Shown one piece after another: positions 37,606-50,489 of a stretch of DNA of 64,000 bases. The first letter of the stretch is position 1; each line of letters opens with the position of its first letter. The translations under genes and the position numbers were made by a program. The DNA comes from Rebecca billardiae RCC1528 (Eukaryota > Protista > Haptophyta): contig OZ251251.1 in assembly GCA_965240325.2 (NCBI GenBank), positions 620,001-684,000 on the forward strand, given 5' to 3'. The notes beneath the pieces are model-generated. The model did not search any database. It saw only the letters and a program-made list of their open reading frames with translations, and had not been told where the DNA came from.

Positions 37606-40590
37606 TCATGGCAGAAGCGCCTCGGGCAGCCCAGCGCACGACACGAGCGCCGGGCGGCAGTTCTGGACCGAGCAGCCAACGCAGTGCTCGCTGCTGCTGT
37701 CCATCATGCACGCGGACATGCAGTGCGCCTTGGTGCACTCGGCGACCTCAGCGAAGCAGCCGGCGCACGGCCCGCTCAGCCCCGTCGCCTCGGCGGTGCA
37801 CGCGCGCGTGCACGGCGCCGCCGCCCAGCACGAGCGGCCGCACCGCTTGAACTCGTCGTGGAAGTGCTCGCGCTGCGCCAGCGCCGCGCGGTCCTCGATG
37901 CCGCCGCACGACGCCGCGGCCGCAGTCGCCACCAGCGCCGCGGGTGAGCTGAGCGGCCCCCACCCGGCCGCGGAGCGCGCGCGCACTCTCGCGCCGTACA
38001 GCGTCCCGGGCTGCAGCGGCGTGGCGACGCACTGCGTGACGGGCGCGTGTGTGGTGCAAGCGAGCGCGCCCCACTCCGCTGGGCCGCCGCCACCACCCGC
38101 CGCCACCGGCGGCGCCGCCGCCGGGCGCAGCCAGAGCTCGTACTGAAGCACTTTGGCGCCGACCCCGTGCGCGACGCCCCAGCTGAGGGCCACGCCGTCA
38201 CTGAACGCGCCGCCTGGTGTCACGCCGACGGAGGCGGCGGGCGGCGGCTCCGGCGGCTCCGCGTCCGCGGTGCAGACGCCGACGGGCTCGGACCACGCCG
38301 ACGCGCCGACGCTCGTGAGCGCGCGCACGCGCAGTGCGTACAGCGTGTCGGTGGCCACGCCGCCCACCGCGGCGCGGCTCTGCGCGCCGCTGACCCTGGT
38401 GATGTGCACGCCGCCGCCGCCGCCGCCGCTGCCGCCAACGCCGCCAACGCCGCCGCCGCGGCTGCTGCTGCCGCCGACGCCGAGGGCGGCTGCGCTCGGC
38501 GGCGGCGGCGCGACGAAGGCGGCGAGGGCGGCGAAGCGCGCGGCGCCTGTCAGCCGCCAGCCCACGCCTGCGCTCAGCGCGCCGCCGCCGCCAGGCCCGG
38601 ACCCCCCAAATGCCACCGCAGCGGCCGCAGCGCAGTCGCCGCTCGCGGCCGCGCCCGCGCCTGCGCCCGCGCGCTCGGCGCGCGCGCCCGCGTGGGCGGG
38701 AGCGCCCGCGCCGTCCAGCTCGGCGGTGGGTGGCGCGGGCTCGGTGCCGTTGGGCGCGCGCGGCGGCGGGAGCGTGCCCAGTGCCAGCGGCGCCACGGCC
38801 ACCTCGTACCCGACCACCTGCGCGCCCTCGTCCGCCGCGGCCGCCCACGAGATTGCAATCTCGGACGCGCGCGCCGCGGAGATGGTGAGTGCTGGTGCGC
38901 GCCGCGGCGGCGTCGCGCCTGGCGCGTCGGTGTGCGCGTGCAGCGGGGCGGACCAGGGCGAGCAGCCGAGCTCGCTGCACGCGCGCACGCTCAGCGCCAG
39001 CGCCAGCGAGTGCACCAACCCGGACACCACCGCCGACTCCGGCGGCCTCGGCGCCGCGCCGCGCGCTGCAGGCGCCGCCGACGGCGCCGCGTCGGAAGCC
39101 ACAGCGCCGCCGCCTGCCGCGCGCTCCGCGGGTGCAGGGCACGCGCCGTCGTCCGCGGCGCCGTCGGTGTCGGGCGCGATCGCCCCGGCGGGCGGCGCGT
39201 CGCTCTGCGCCTCCGCGAGAGCGCCGCTCGCATCGCGCGCCGCGCCTCGCCGCGCGCCGCCGTCCGCGCCGCCACCGGCGCCGGAGTCGGCGGCGGCGTC
39301 CGCGGGCGCGGGCGCGCGCACGGCGCTGCCGCAGGCGGCGGCGCCGCGCGCGCGCGGGCGCGCGCAGCAGAGCGCGTCATTCCGCTCGCGCACGAGCATC
39401 TCCACCCGCCGGCAGCACGCGTACGCGAAGCACCAGCAGCGCAGCCCGCAGCAGCCGGAGACGGTGTTGGCCCCTCGGCACAGCGGCAGCGACAGACTCG
39501 AGTGGAACTGGCGGTTGCCGTGCGGCCCCGTGCCGGGTGGCGGCGGCGCGACGGCCCAGGGCTGCGCGGGGAGGGCGGTGGCGTTGGGAGCCGGCGCACC
39601 GGGCTCGCCGCTCGCCGCGCGCACGCGCACCGCCACGCCCGCCGCGGGCAGCACCGCCCAGGTGGGGGCGGCCACGGACCGACCAGTGTCACTGCCGCCG
39701 CCGCCCGCGCCACCGCCCGCGCCGCCGCCGCCGCCGCCGCCGGGCGCGGCCGTCGCGTTGGCGGCGGCGTCGTCGAGCGGCATCTCGTCCAAGGCGTCGG
39801 GCAGCACGCACTCGTCCGCCGCGCAGCTCGGCTGCCCCAGCCGGCACTGGTCCCTCGCCTCCCACCGATACGCCGAATAGCGCAGCTCAAATACCCGGAT
39901 TCCGGCGCCGTGCTCGTCCGGACTCTGCCAGCCCACGGTGAGCGAGTCCGGGGCGGTGGCGAGGAGGACGGGCGGCTCGGGCGCGTCGGGCGCGTGCGCG
40001 GCCGGCGTGCGCACCAGCTGGCACCCTGACCAGTCGCTGCCATCGTCCGCGGCCGCGCCGGGCGCGGCCACTCCGCCGCGCGCCGCCGCGGCCGCGGCGC
40101 GAGCGTGCGTTGGCGGCGCGGCCAGGATGCGCACGCGCGCGCAGTACTGCGTGTCCGCGGGCAGCCCGTCGAACACGTGCGTCCGCTCGCCGCCGGCCGA
40201 CGCGCCCGCGCCGTGCGGCTGCAGCGCCGCCTCGGTCGCCTCCGCGCGCGCCGTGTGCTCGGTGCCCTGAGCGTCGATTGGCGTGAGGCGGAGGAGGACG
40301 GCGCGCGCGCCGGGCGAGGACCACGCGGCGGCGGCGTCGAGATCGATCGAGTGCGCCGTCTTGCGCACGACGGACGGCGGGAGCGGCGCCGCCTCCGCGC
40401 CGAACGGCGCGTGTGAGCCGCCGCCGCGCGCGTCGGAGCGCGCCGCGCACGCGTCGATGGCGGCACGCGCGAGAAGGGCGACGACGCCGAGCGACGCGAG
40501 CGCGCACAGCGCGCACGCGCCGAGCGCGATGTGCCGCCGCCGCGCGATGCACTGCCGCGCGCACGCGCCGCGCACGACGAGCAGCCCCAT
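37606..40590 (-). CDS. Membrane-anchored fibronectin type III repeat protein with a Cys-rich C-terminal domain (994 aa)
   Basis: N-terminal TM (IALGACALCALASLGVVALL); FN3 motifs GLPADTQYCARVR, SLTVGWQSP, VRACSELGCSPWS, YALRVRALTSVGASAWSEP and LQPGTLYGARVRARSAAGWGPLS; C-terminal CGRSC..CAGC..CMSAC..CVGC..C. Confidence 0.8.
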   Translation of the reverse strand: MGLLVVRGACARQCIARRRHIALGACALCALASLGVVALLARAAIDACAARSDARGGGSHAPFGAEAAPLPPSVVRKTAHSIDLDAAAAWSSPGARAVLLRLTPIDAQGTEHTARAEATEAALQPHGAGASAGGERTHVFDGLPADTQYCARVRILAAPPTHARAAAAAARGGVAAPGAAADDGSDWSGCQLVRTPAAHAPDAPEPPVLLATAPDSLTVGWQSPDEHGAGIRVFELRYSAYRWEARDQCRLGQPSCAADECVLPDALDEMPLDDAAANATAAPGGGGGGGAGGGAGGGGSDTGRSVAAPTWAVLPAAGVAVRVRAASGEPGAPAPNATALPAQPWAVAPPPPGTGPHGNRQFHSSLSLPLCRGANTVSGCCGLRCWCFAYACCRRVEMLVRERNDALCCARPRARGAAACGSAVRAPAPADAAADSGAGGGADGGARRGAARDASGALAEAQSDAPPAGAIAPDTDGAADDGACPAPAERAAGGGAVASDAAPSAAPAARGAAPRPPESAVVSGLVHSLALALSVRACSELGCSPWSAPLHAHTDAPGATPPRRAPALTISAARASEIAISWAAAADEGAQVVGYEVAVAPLALGTLPPPRAPNGTEPAPPTAELDGAGAPAHAGARAERAGAGAGAAASGDCAAAAAVAFGGSGPGGGGALSAGVGWRLTGAARFAALAAFVAPPPPSAAALGVGGSSSRGGGVGGVGGSGGGGGGVHITRVSGAQSRAAVGGVATDTLYALRVRALTSVGASAWSEPVGVCTADAEPPEPPPAASVGVTPGGAFSDGVALSWGVAHGVGAKVLQYELWLRPAAAPPVAAGGGGGPAEWGALACTTHAPVTQCVATPLQPGTLYGARVRARSAAGWGPLSSPAALVATAAAASCGGIEDRAALAQREHFHDEFKRCGRSCWAAAPCTRACTAEATGLSGPCAGCFAEVAECTKAHCMSACMMDSSSEHCVGCSVQNCRPALVSCAGLPEALLP

Positions 40591-41725
40591 CGGCGTCCCG
40601 GCGCGCGCTCAGGCCCCCGGGCCCGGCATGCGCGAGTTGCCGCCGCCTGCTTTCAGACTGCCGGAAGACGGGAACCGGCGGGCACCGGAAGAGTGATCGA
40701 TGAATAAAAGATGCCGCACCGCGGCTGGTGCTTTGCTTCAGGTGCGGCCGCCCCCGCCGTGGTGGTGGCGGTGTTGAGGTTCGTTGAATCGTTGATCAAG
40801 CCGAGGCTGGGCTGCTGATGGAGCGGCCTCGTTGCGGTGGTCACCAACGCGCTTGCTCCCGCGAGGAGCAACACGGCCTTGGAGCAAGGGCGGTTGCTTG
40901 GAGCAAGGGCTCGGAGGAAGCAGCCTCCCAGCCAGTCTGCCAGAGCAATCACTACCCGAATAATGCTCTGGCAGCACTCCAGCAAGTGCTGGCACTCCAC
41001 GGCGCCAGCGCTCCGCTGCGTGAGGCGAGCCGCGTGGCGCGCGAGTCGGATTCTGCCGCGGGCAGAGCCAAGGGGGTCTGCAGGCCCACCGAGAGCGAAC
41101 GGCCTGGGCGGCGCTGGTCCAGGTCGGGGCAACGCGGCAGCAGCGCGGGCCGGGAGGTGAGTGCCGCGTTGCGGCGAGTGCCCACGGCTCAGAGTGCGGC
41201 GGGGCTCCGCCTTGGCGACGCAGCGGTCGGGACACGGCGCGGCATGCTCCTACGCTGGCGGCTATCCACGCGGCCGCAGGGAGGGGCTAAACGGCGACGT
41301 GCACCGCGTGCCACCGCACCTCAACGTTCCGACCGCGCGCGGCGCCGGCCAGTCATCCGACCGCTGAAGAACTGCTGACGGCCTGCACGCGTGGCTCGGC
41401 GGCCCGTCACGGCGGATTGGAACGCCTGGCGTGTGGGCGTGGCGGGCTCAGTCTGCGACGCCGCGCGGTGTGCCGCCGAACGTGCCGTGCGTTGCTTCAC
41501 GGATACGGGCCGCGTCTGCTGCCGCCTGCCGTCCGCGCGCCCGTCCGGGTTTCGGCCGACTCGAGCCAGGACCCCGGACTCGGCGCGGCACCGGACAGCG
41601 CCGCGAGATGAACACCCGCCTTTTGTTTGCTCCGGCGGCTGCGGTGGAGGCAGCAGCTGCGCCTTCGTCACAGCATCAAGCCCCGGGCCCCAGCGGCCGC
41701 CCTCGCCGGGTGGCGGGTCGGCGCC

Positions 41726-44700
41726 ATGTGGCCATTCAAGAAGAAGGAGGACACGTCCGCGGCGCACGCCGAGCCGGCGCAGCCCGCTCCCACGCCCTCC
41801 GGCGCCCGCGCCATGCGCGTGGGCAAGTGGGACGTCGAAGAGAAAGTGCTTGGCGAAGGTGCGCCGCAGCCATGGCCGCCCGGCGCGCCGCGCGCGCAGG
41901 GCGAGGCGCGGCGGGACGGGAGGCGGCGAGGGGCGGGCGGAGGGGGCGGGAGCCTCGCGCCGCCGCCGCGCCCGGCGCGGGCCGCGCGGCGAGCCCGACC
42001 TGCTCGGCGGCCGCGGCCGCAGTGCCAGCGGCTTGCTCGTCAGTTGCAGGCGCGCCGGGCGGCGCCGGCGGCGCGGCCGCGCTGCGCGCGCGGCGGCGCG
42101 CGGCGCAGGGCGCTGCCGTGTCGCCGGCTCGCGCGTGCATTCGCACATCCCCCCGCGCGCGCCCGTGCACGTCGCGCCCGCCCGCGCTCACGCGCGCGCC
42201 CGCCCTCGCGCCCGCGCCCGCGCCGCGCGCCCGCGCCGCGCGCCCGCTGCCGCCCGCGGCCGCGCCGCGCGCGCGCGGCACCGGCTGCCGCGGCGGTCCG
42301 CAGGCGGGTACGGCAAGGTGACGCGCGCGACCGACCGCACGGCCAGCCCGCCCGTCCCCGCCGCGTGCAAGTGGATCGACACCCGGCGCATGAAAAAGGC
42401 CGCCATCGAACGCGAGGTCCGGGTGAACCAGAAATTGAAACACCCGAATATCGCGCAGTGCCTCGACTACATCTTCATCGACCCGACGGCGTTCGTGATC
42501 TTCGAGCTGTGCGCGGGGGGCGAGCTCTTCGAGCGCGTCATCTCGAGCGGCAAGATGGCCGAGGACGTCGCGCGCAAGATCTTTGTCGAGCTGTGCGCAG
42601 GCGTGTCGCACTGCCACGAGAAGGGGATCGTGCACCGGTGCGTGGCGCCTGGCTGCGCTGCGCCGCGCGGGGACGGCCTTGCGCCGCGCCGCGGTGCGCG
42701 TGCGAAGCGGGCTCTCTGGCGTGCCTGGCTGCGCGCCGGGGCGGGCCCGTGCGCCCCGCAGTGCGCGCGGACGCTGGCGGCGCGCGCGCGCTGCGCCGCG
42801 CTGTGGGGGGCGGGTCGGGGCTGCGGGCGGCGTGCGCGGCGTGCGCGGGCGGGCGGGCGGCGCGAACCCCGCCGCCGCGCGGGTGCGGCCCGCCGGCGCG
42901 GCCGTCGGGTGCGCAGCGGGACGGGCGGGGGAGGGGCTGGTCGCGCACGCCACGCGTCGCCGCCGGCGCAGGAGCGCTCGGCGGGGGCACGGGCTGGCTG
43001 GACTGTTGTGTGGCGCTCGGGCCACCGGGCACGCTGCGCCTGCTCGCGCGCGCGCGCGCGCTCTCTCGGCAGGTGTCGGCCCGCGCGGGCGCCGCCTCCG
43101 CGCTCACCTGAGCCCCGCCCTGCCCTTCCCGCCCCCGCCCCTTTTTTTTATTCGCCCCGACATCTGCTTATTATTGCTTTTTTAATATTTGTTTTGGTGA
43201 GGACAGCGACCTGAAGCTCGAGAACGTGATGCTGGGCGGCGACGGCACCATCAAGATCATCGACTTCGGGCTGGCCGCCGAGTACGAGCCGAACGGGCAC
43301 GGCGGCTTCAACATGAGCACGCTCTACGAGACGTGCGGCTCCAAGTCGTACGCGGCGCCGGGTGCGTGCGCGCGCGGACGGGCGCGCCGCAGGCTAGGGG
43401 TCCGCTGCGCGAGCGCGGGCGGAGGCGCGGGGCGCGGGGCTGGGGGCGCGTGCGCGGCGCCGGGTGCACGCCGCGCGCGCGTGCGCGGCCGCTGGCCGGC
43501 GGGCGGGGCGCCACGATGGGCGCGCGCGCGCGCGGCGTGCGCTGTGTGCTCCCGTGCGCGCGCTCTGCGAGAGAGGGGCGGAAGGCGCGCGCCCTCCGAG
43601 ACAGCTGCGCCCGTGCATGCGCGCGCGGCGCTGGCGCTGAGGAAGCAAACACTCTATAGGTTAAGGCAACCGAGTCGTCCCTCTTGGGGCGACGTGCGGA
43701 GAACCGACTGTTTCAGCCCATCTGAGCCAACGCCGCCGCGCACCGCACCAGCACCGCACAGCACAGCACAGCGCGCGCACACGCACGCGCGCGCGCGCGC
43801 GCGCGCTCACGCGGCGCGCGCCGGCCGCGCGCTGCCGCGCCCACCGCGCGCGCTGCTCGGTGCGCGCCCCACAGAGGTGCTCTCTGGCAAGGGGTACTCG
43901 GGCTTTGGCGCGGACGTGTGGTCGTGCGGCATCTGCCTCTTCGCCATGCTCGCCGGCTTCTTCCCCCTCGACGAGGCCACGTCGCGAGGTGCGCGCGCGC
44001 GCGCGCGTGCGCGTGTCGGCGCGCGCGCGCGCGCGGGGCGCGCGCGCGGGCGCCGCGCCGCGCCCGCGCGAGAGTCGAGGGCCGCGCGCGCGGTGCGCTC
44101 GGCTGCGCGAGTGATAGGCGCGCGTGCGTGGGGCGGCGGCGCGCGCTCGCGTCGCGCGTGCCAAGGCGCGTCGGCCCCGACGGGCTCCGCGGGGCGTACC
44201 CATGTTACCCGCTTTACCCGCTTTACCCGCTTTACCCGCCTCTCCTCGCCCGCGCGCCCCTTCCCGGCACCCCTCGCCGTCCCGCGCGCGCGCGCGCGCG
44301 CGCCCGTCGCGACGCGGCCGGCTGGTTGCGCCCGCCGCCTCTGCTGCCGCCGCACCCGCCGGGTGCGCAGACTGGCGCTTCCAGCGCGGCGTGAAGGCGG
44401 TGGCGCAGGGCGCGTCCCTGGTGCACACGATCTACGGCTTCTACCAGCGCCAGTGCCCGCTCTCAGCAGAGGCCGGTGCGAGTTGAAGCGCGCCGCCGAG
44501 CCCTCCGCCCACCGCGCCCCGCGCGGCCGCCCACCCGCCGCCGCGCGGCTGACGCGCGGCTGACGCGCGCCGCCTCGCGCGCGCGAGCAGTGGCGCTGCT
44601 GGACGGCATGCTCGCTATCGACCCGACCCGTCGCCTCACCCTCGCGACCGTGCTGCACTCGCCTTGGGTGACAGGCCGCAAGCTGCCGCCGGGCGCGGCG

Positions 44701-45486
44701 CGCGGCGGCGGCGGCGCGGGCGCGGCCACCGCGCCGCTCGCCAGCTACGTCGCCGAGTACGACCCGATCATCGACGGCGGCGGCCCGACGTACCGCTCGG
44801 TGATGCACAGCACCAGCGCGAGCACGCGCCTCTCCCTCGACGGCGGCGCCGACGCCGAGGGCGACGCAGGCTGGCGGGCGGAGGGCTGCTGCGAGACCGG
44901 CGGCGGCGGCGGCGGCGCGTCTGAGGGAGAGCTGCGCGGCGGCGGCAGCCATGGCGGCGGCGGCGCCGGCGGCACCGGCCTCGCGCTCGGGGCGCAGCCG
45001 TCAGCAGACATGCCCGGTGGCGGCTGGGTCGCGGCGCCCATGTCCTTCAGCGGGCCCGCCGCGGAGATCGCCGCCGCCGCCGCCGCCGAGGAGCGCATCG
45101 TCGACAACGGGTGCGGCGGGTGCGGCGGGTACGGCGGGTACGGAGCCGCCGGCGCCGGCGCGCGCGCCGTCTCGGCCGCAGGCGCCGACTGGGGCGGCGG
45201 CGTGGGCGGGAGCCCCGGCGATGGGTACGGGGACGGCGGCGGTTACGCCGGCGGTTACGCGGGCGACGGGTACAGCTCGGACAGCCTGCAGATGGTCGTG
45301 GACGACACGGACGCGCCGGTGTACCGCGCCTTTGGCAGCGCGCTCGCCGCCGCGCTCCCGCCCGTCGGCGGCGGCGCTGCGCCGGCCCCAGCCAGCGGCA
45401 GCGCGGCGGCGGCGGCTGCTCCCCCGTCTCTGGCGCGGCAGCGCGCGTTTGACACTTGGCCCGAGCTGGACGAGGAAGGGTACTGA
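41726..45486 (+). CDS. CAMK-group (SnRK/CIPK-like) Ser/Thr protein kinase; 6 exons (41726-41858, 42304-42637, 43207-43361, 43875-43988, 44371-44475, 44591-45486)
   Basis: Spliced motifs [71 protein letters not shown] and DPTRRLT. All introns are GT-AG and frame-consistent. Confidence 0.92.
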
Positions 45487-45923
45487 CGGGAGAGCTGGGC
45501 GGAGGGACTAGGGGGGTGGGGGTGGGGGGGCAGAGGCGCCCGCGGCACGCCGCGGGTGCGGCAGCGGGCGGGACGCGGGGCACGCGCTCGCCCACGCCGC
45601 CGGCCGAGCCGCTGCTCTCTGGCCAGGCCGCAGCTGGTTTGGAATTGGGCGCGCGGCGGCGTCAGACACGCACCGACGGACATCAACACAAGCAGGCGCC
45701 GCTGGCGAGCCGCGCGGTGGCGACGCGGACGCGGGCCAACGGCAACAGCAGCCAGGCCGGGCGCGGGCCGCCGGCGGACGGCTCCAGCCACAGTCAGGGA
45801 CAGCCGCGCAGTAGATGGAGGCCGCGGCCGGCGCCGGGTGCATTTGCAACGGCCCGCCGCCCTGCTGTCGGGCTGCTGGTCCGAGCCAGCAGCAGACCTG
45901 CAGACACGGCCGGCGGACGTACA

Positions 45924-46100
<177 letters not shown>

Positions 46101-46712
46101 GGGTTATTGGCACAATAACTGATTGTCTAAGAGGACGGTGGGAGCGCAATAATGCGCCATATCAACACCTGCCTGCCATTCGGCCCGAGCCAGGCGGCCG
46201 AGCTCAAGTCCGGCCGCCATCTTGATTCTTGGCCACCCTCTTCTCGTGCCACGAGGGACTTTTGTCTTTTGAGCCTGCTCTGTGCTCTCGCACAACGACC
46301 CCGGACAACCTACTCGCTGTGATGCTCCTGGGCCTTAGGCAAATAGGCAAGGTTGGCGGCGGCACAGGACGGCCAATTGGTGAACTGGGTTTTTCATCAG
46401 GCGCCGAGCGAACCGACGCAGTCCAGTGCCTCTCGCTCACTCGCAGCGAACGCCCTTCGGAAGTGCCCACTGGCATGATGGCTGCAGCTGTTTCCGGGCC
46501 CGCATCTTCGCGATACCCTCTGCACGATGGTGCTTCGTGCCTTGCTCTCATGCGGCTTAGCGGCTCTCGAGCTGCGCCTTTGTTTCCGAGGAAGAAAATC
46601 CCATATGATACAAATAAAGTCTGGTATCTCGCAGCGTGGCTCTGCTCTGCCCGGCGTGTGCCTCGCCTCCTCGCTGCCGATCTGGATGGCGCAGGCGCTT
46701 CGAGGACGGCTA

Positions 46713-46945
<233 letters not shown>

Positions 46946-47766
46946 GTCATCGTGGGACTGCTGCTGATCAGATCGACTATATACAGTGGGCGGGTCTCAC
47001 TGGGGGACCTGCAAAACAACGGACCGGAGTTTTGGCGAAGCTTCGGCGGTTGCGCGGCGGACGGCGGCGGCGGCTTCGAAGCCGCCCCCGCGAGGAGGCG
47101 CGGGCGCTGTGGCGCGAGGCGAATGCAAGTCCGCCGCGTGAGCCGGCGGGGAAGTGAGCACCACGAGTTGTGAGGCGAACCTGGGCGATTGCGGACGCGC
47201 GCAAGCTCAAGGCGCCGCCGAATCGTGGCGACTGGCTCCACGACCAGAGCGGCACAAGCCGGGTGCCCGCGCTGGTGCGCGCTCGCGCGGCGCGCCGACC
47301 GTGCGTCCGCGGGGTGCAAAATCGGGCACGTTGGTTCCGCACGAGTTTCAGTGAGCAACGCGTTCCAGAAGTTCCGCTTGAAAACGCCCGCCGGAAGCGC
47401 GGTCACCTACCTGACATCTGCTGCGGCGCCCCTCGCGTCGACATCGTGCGGCGCGGCCACCGACTCCGCGCCCGCGCGCAGAATGGGAGGGGCTGGTGCA
47501 GGAGCAGATGCAGGACGACTCGGACGCCGAGGAGAAGTCGAGCGCCACGTTCCGCACCCACCGCTACGCATACGGCGCTCCTGGGCGAAGACTGCCACTG
47601 TGCGGGTGGGCTGTCTCTTCGCGAGCTCTCAGCGTGGAGTCCTGAGCCGATCATCATCAAGCTGAGGAGTGAGGTTGCAGCGCGGCAACATCGTGCAGGG
47701 TGGGCGGGTAACGACGCCGCGCTTCGCACGCCGTCTGCGACGGCATCAAACGCCGCGACCACCGCG

Positions 47767-48340
47767 GCGCCCGGCCAGCGTGGCAGCATCGGGCCTGCTG
47801 ACGGCGGGCGTGACGGTCGGGCGCGGGCGCGGTGGCATCCCGGGGCGCGGCGGCGAGTGCAGCAGCAGTCACGGTGGCGGGCGCGGCTGCTGGCAGAGCG
47901 CATCTCGCGACGAGGAGTCACTCGGCGCGCACGTCATGCCGCGCGCGATATCGATTCGTCGCCCGGCGAGCGCGGCAGCACCGGGCCTGCTGAATGCGGG
48001 CGTGACAGCCGGGCGGGCGCCGCAGCGGTCGGGCGCTGCGCCGGCACTGTCTGTAGCCGGGGCGGCGCGGTGGCAGACGCCGGCGGCGGCGGACGCCGCG
48101 GCGGCCGGCGCGACGGCGGGTGGAGCGCATCTCGCGACGAGGCGGAGTTACTCTCCGCGCACGTCACGCTGCGCGCATCTTCGAGGGGTCGCCCGGCGAG
48201 TGCGGCAGCACCGGGCCGGCTGATGGCGCAGCGACGGCGGTCGCGGCGGCGGCAGCCGGCGCGGCGGCCGCAGCGGCGGCCGGCTCGGCAGCGGCGGGCG
48301 CTGCGGCGGGCGGTGCGCATCTCGCCACAAGAAGATCGAC
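47767..48340 (+). repeat. Three degenerate tandem units (~190-230 bp) within a probable decayed gene or element
   Basis: CGCCCGGC(C/G)AG(C/T)G(C/T)GGCAGCA(C/T)CGGGCC at ~47768, ~47960 and ~48190; GCGCATCTCGC at ~47898, ~48125 and ~48315. Confidence 0.7.
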
Positions 48341-49711
48341 GTTCGGTGCGAACTTCACGCCGCGCACACCATCGAGCGGGGTCTGCGGTGCTGCTTCGGC
48401 GAGCGCGTCAGCTGCACCTCCGGCCGAGCGACGAGCAGTCGACGCAAACGACGACGCGCGACGCATCGAGCTGTTCCGAGCCGAGTGCCATTCACATTGG
48501 CGCTAGTGGCAGCGGTGGGCTGTACACGCCGACGACGCAGCGAGGCGTGAGGTGGTGGTCCACGCCACCGTCGTACCGCGTCGCCTCGTGCACCCCGAGC
48601 GCGCGCGACGAGCTGTACGGGCTCGGAAGCTGACAGCATCCCCGCGCCCGCGGCGCCGCGACCGCGACCCCGCGCAGGGCCAGTCAGGGCCCTCCCGGAG
48701 AGCTGATTTTCGTCCGCGCGCTTTGCTGAAGTCGCGCTGGTGAGCTCAGACGCCGGCGCATACCCCGCCGGCGCTAGTCTGCCGCACCCCGTTTGTTCCG
48801 AGTCGCTGAGACCGCGCCGATCGTCAGATAGTTTTGAATTTCTGCTCCGCCAGTGGGACCAGCCCACTACTGTATACGACACTCGACAGATGTGCGTGTA
48901 GCTACGAATATAATAACGACGCGACGCCAGCCAATCAGGCTAGTCTCATCAGGGTTCATCTAGGCCAGCAGATCCGCGCAGACGATGATAGTATTAGCAG
49001 TACAGTTTACTATAAGAATAAGAGACGCACACAGCTCAGGCAGGCGAGATTGACGCCCGCCAACTGTCACCGCCCATGAAGCCGTCGCCGATGGTAGCGC
49101 CGCCGGAAAAAATCGTTCAGCCGTCCGCCTGCGAGGCCTGGACGAGGGCTGCGGCCGCCTCGCGGCGCGCCAGCGCCCGTCGTCCTCGCCCCACCGTCGT
49201 CCACAAAACGTCGTCGTCCGAACTCGCCGACTGGGCGCCGATGCGACAGTAAGCCGCCCCAGTTATATATAGGGACCCACAAATTTAGTTGCCGGCTGCA
49301 GCCGGCACGACTTTGTCTCAGCCAGCACGCCCGCTACGCGCCGACCCGGGCAGAGCCCATCCGCCCGCGCATGCACCAGGCCCAGCCGCGTCAGTACATA
49401 CCCACCCGGCCGCGGCACCCGCGCTCTGTGCGCCACGGTGTCGATGCGCCCGGCAGTCGGTGCGCATGCACGAGCCAGCCGGCTGGCAGCTACGGGCTGG
49501 TTTTCGGCGTGGAGCGCGGTCGTGTGAGCTGCATTAATTCAGCTGACCCCCGGCTTTTGTGCATTCGGGAGTCGTGCTGCTACGGTGGGCGTGACACGCG
49601 CCAACTCGACGCTGGCAAAATTAGGCGCGACGAAAGTGCACGCGCAGCCACACGCAGCCCATATTGATGATGCTCTCGGCCTGTTTTATTTCTACCAGAT
49701 TCCATTTACTA

Positions 49712-50489
49712 CAGGGGTCTCAACAATTAAACGTCACATTCTGACTGAGCTGCACGCCACTGCTCACCCTGCCCCCCTGGGCTGACCCAGGCGGCCCCCA
49801 CGGCCCGTGCACGACGGTTTCGACCCAGCGCGTCAGCCCCAGCGCGCGTGGGCTGGAGTTGGGCACACCAGCAGGTCACACGGCTGCAGGCGTACAGCCT
49901 GTCGCAGCTGGCCAGATCCTGCCGCAGGCTTGTCGTCACTGGTCGCGGGCCGTGTGCCCACACAGACCAGGCCTAAATTGTGCTTGGCAGTGGATCTGGT
50001 ACCCCCTAGGGTGGGCTGCATGCCACCTGGGGGGGAGCTCATGGGATGCAGCTGCTGTGGCACAGTGCCCAATCCCGCACCCCCACCTGCGCAAGGACCT
50101 GTCGGGTCAGCTCCCCTGCACTGGGAGGCCAGCAGCAGCACCCGCTGACACGCCCCGAGGGTGGCCAGCCACCCGACTTGAGGGGGCTGGAGTGGGGCTG
50201 GTGCAGCCAAGAGCTCTGCAGCCTAGCTGCTGGTGGCTGGCCTGCATGGATTTTCAAGCTGACCACCCACTGCTGCCTGCCGCACCCCTCGCTGCACCCA
50301 CCTGGGCTGCTGCACATGCACACTCTGGATGGCACCACAGCCCAGCATGGAGAGCTGGCCAAGCAGCCACCCACTCGTCAGAATGGCCAGGGAGTGGGCT
50401 GTGCTAGACCACATCTAGCCAGGCAATCAAGTGCTCACATGCCTGTCCAGTGGCACAAACAGAGATACAGCTAATTGTTGAGACCCCTG
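49712..50489. mobile_element. Tc1/mariner-type MITE (778 bp) with 18-bp TIRs and TA target duplication
   Basis: TA|CAGGGGTCTCAACAATTA ... TAATTGTTGAGACCCCTG|TA. Confidence 0.88.
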
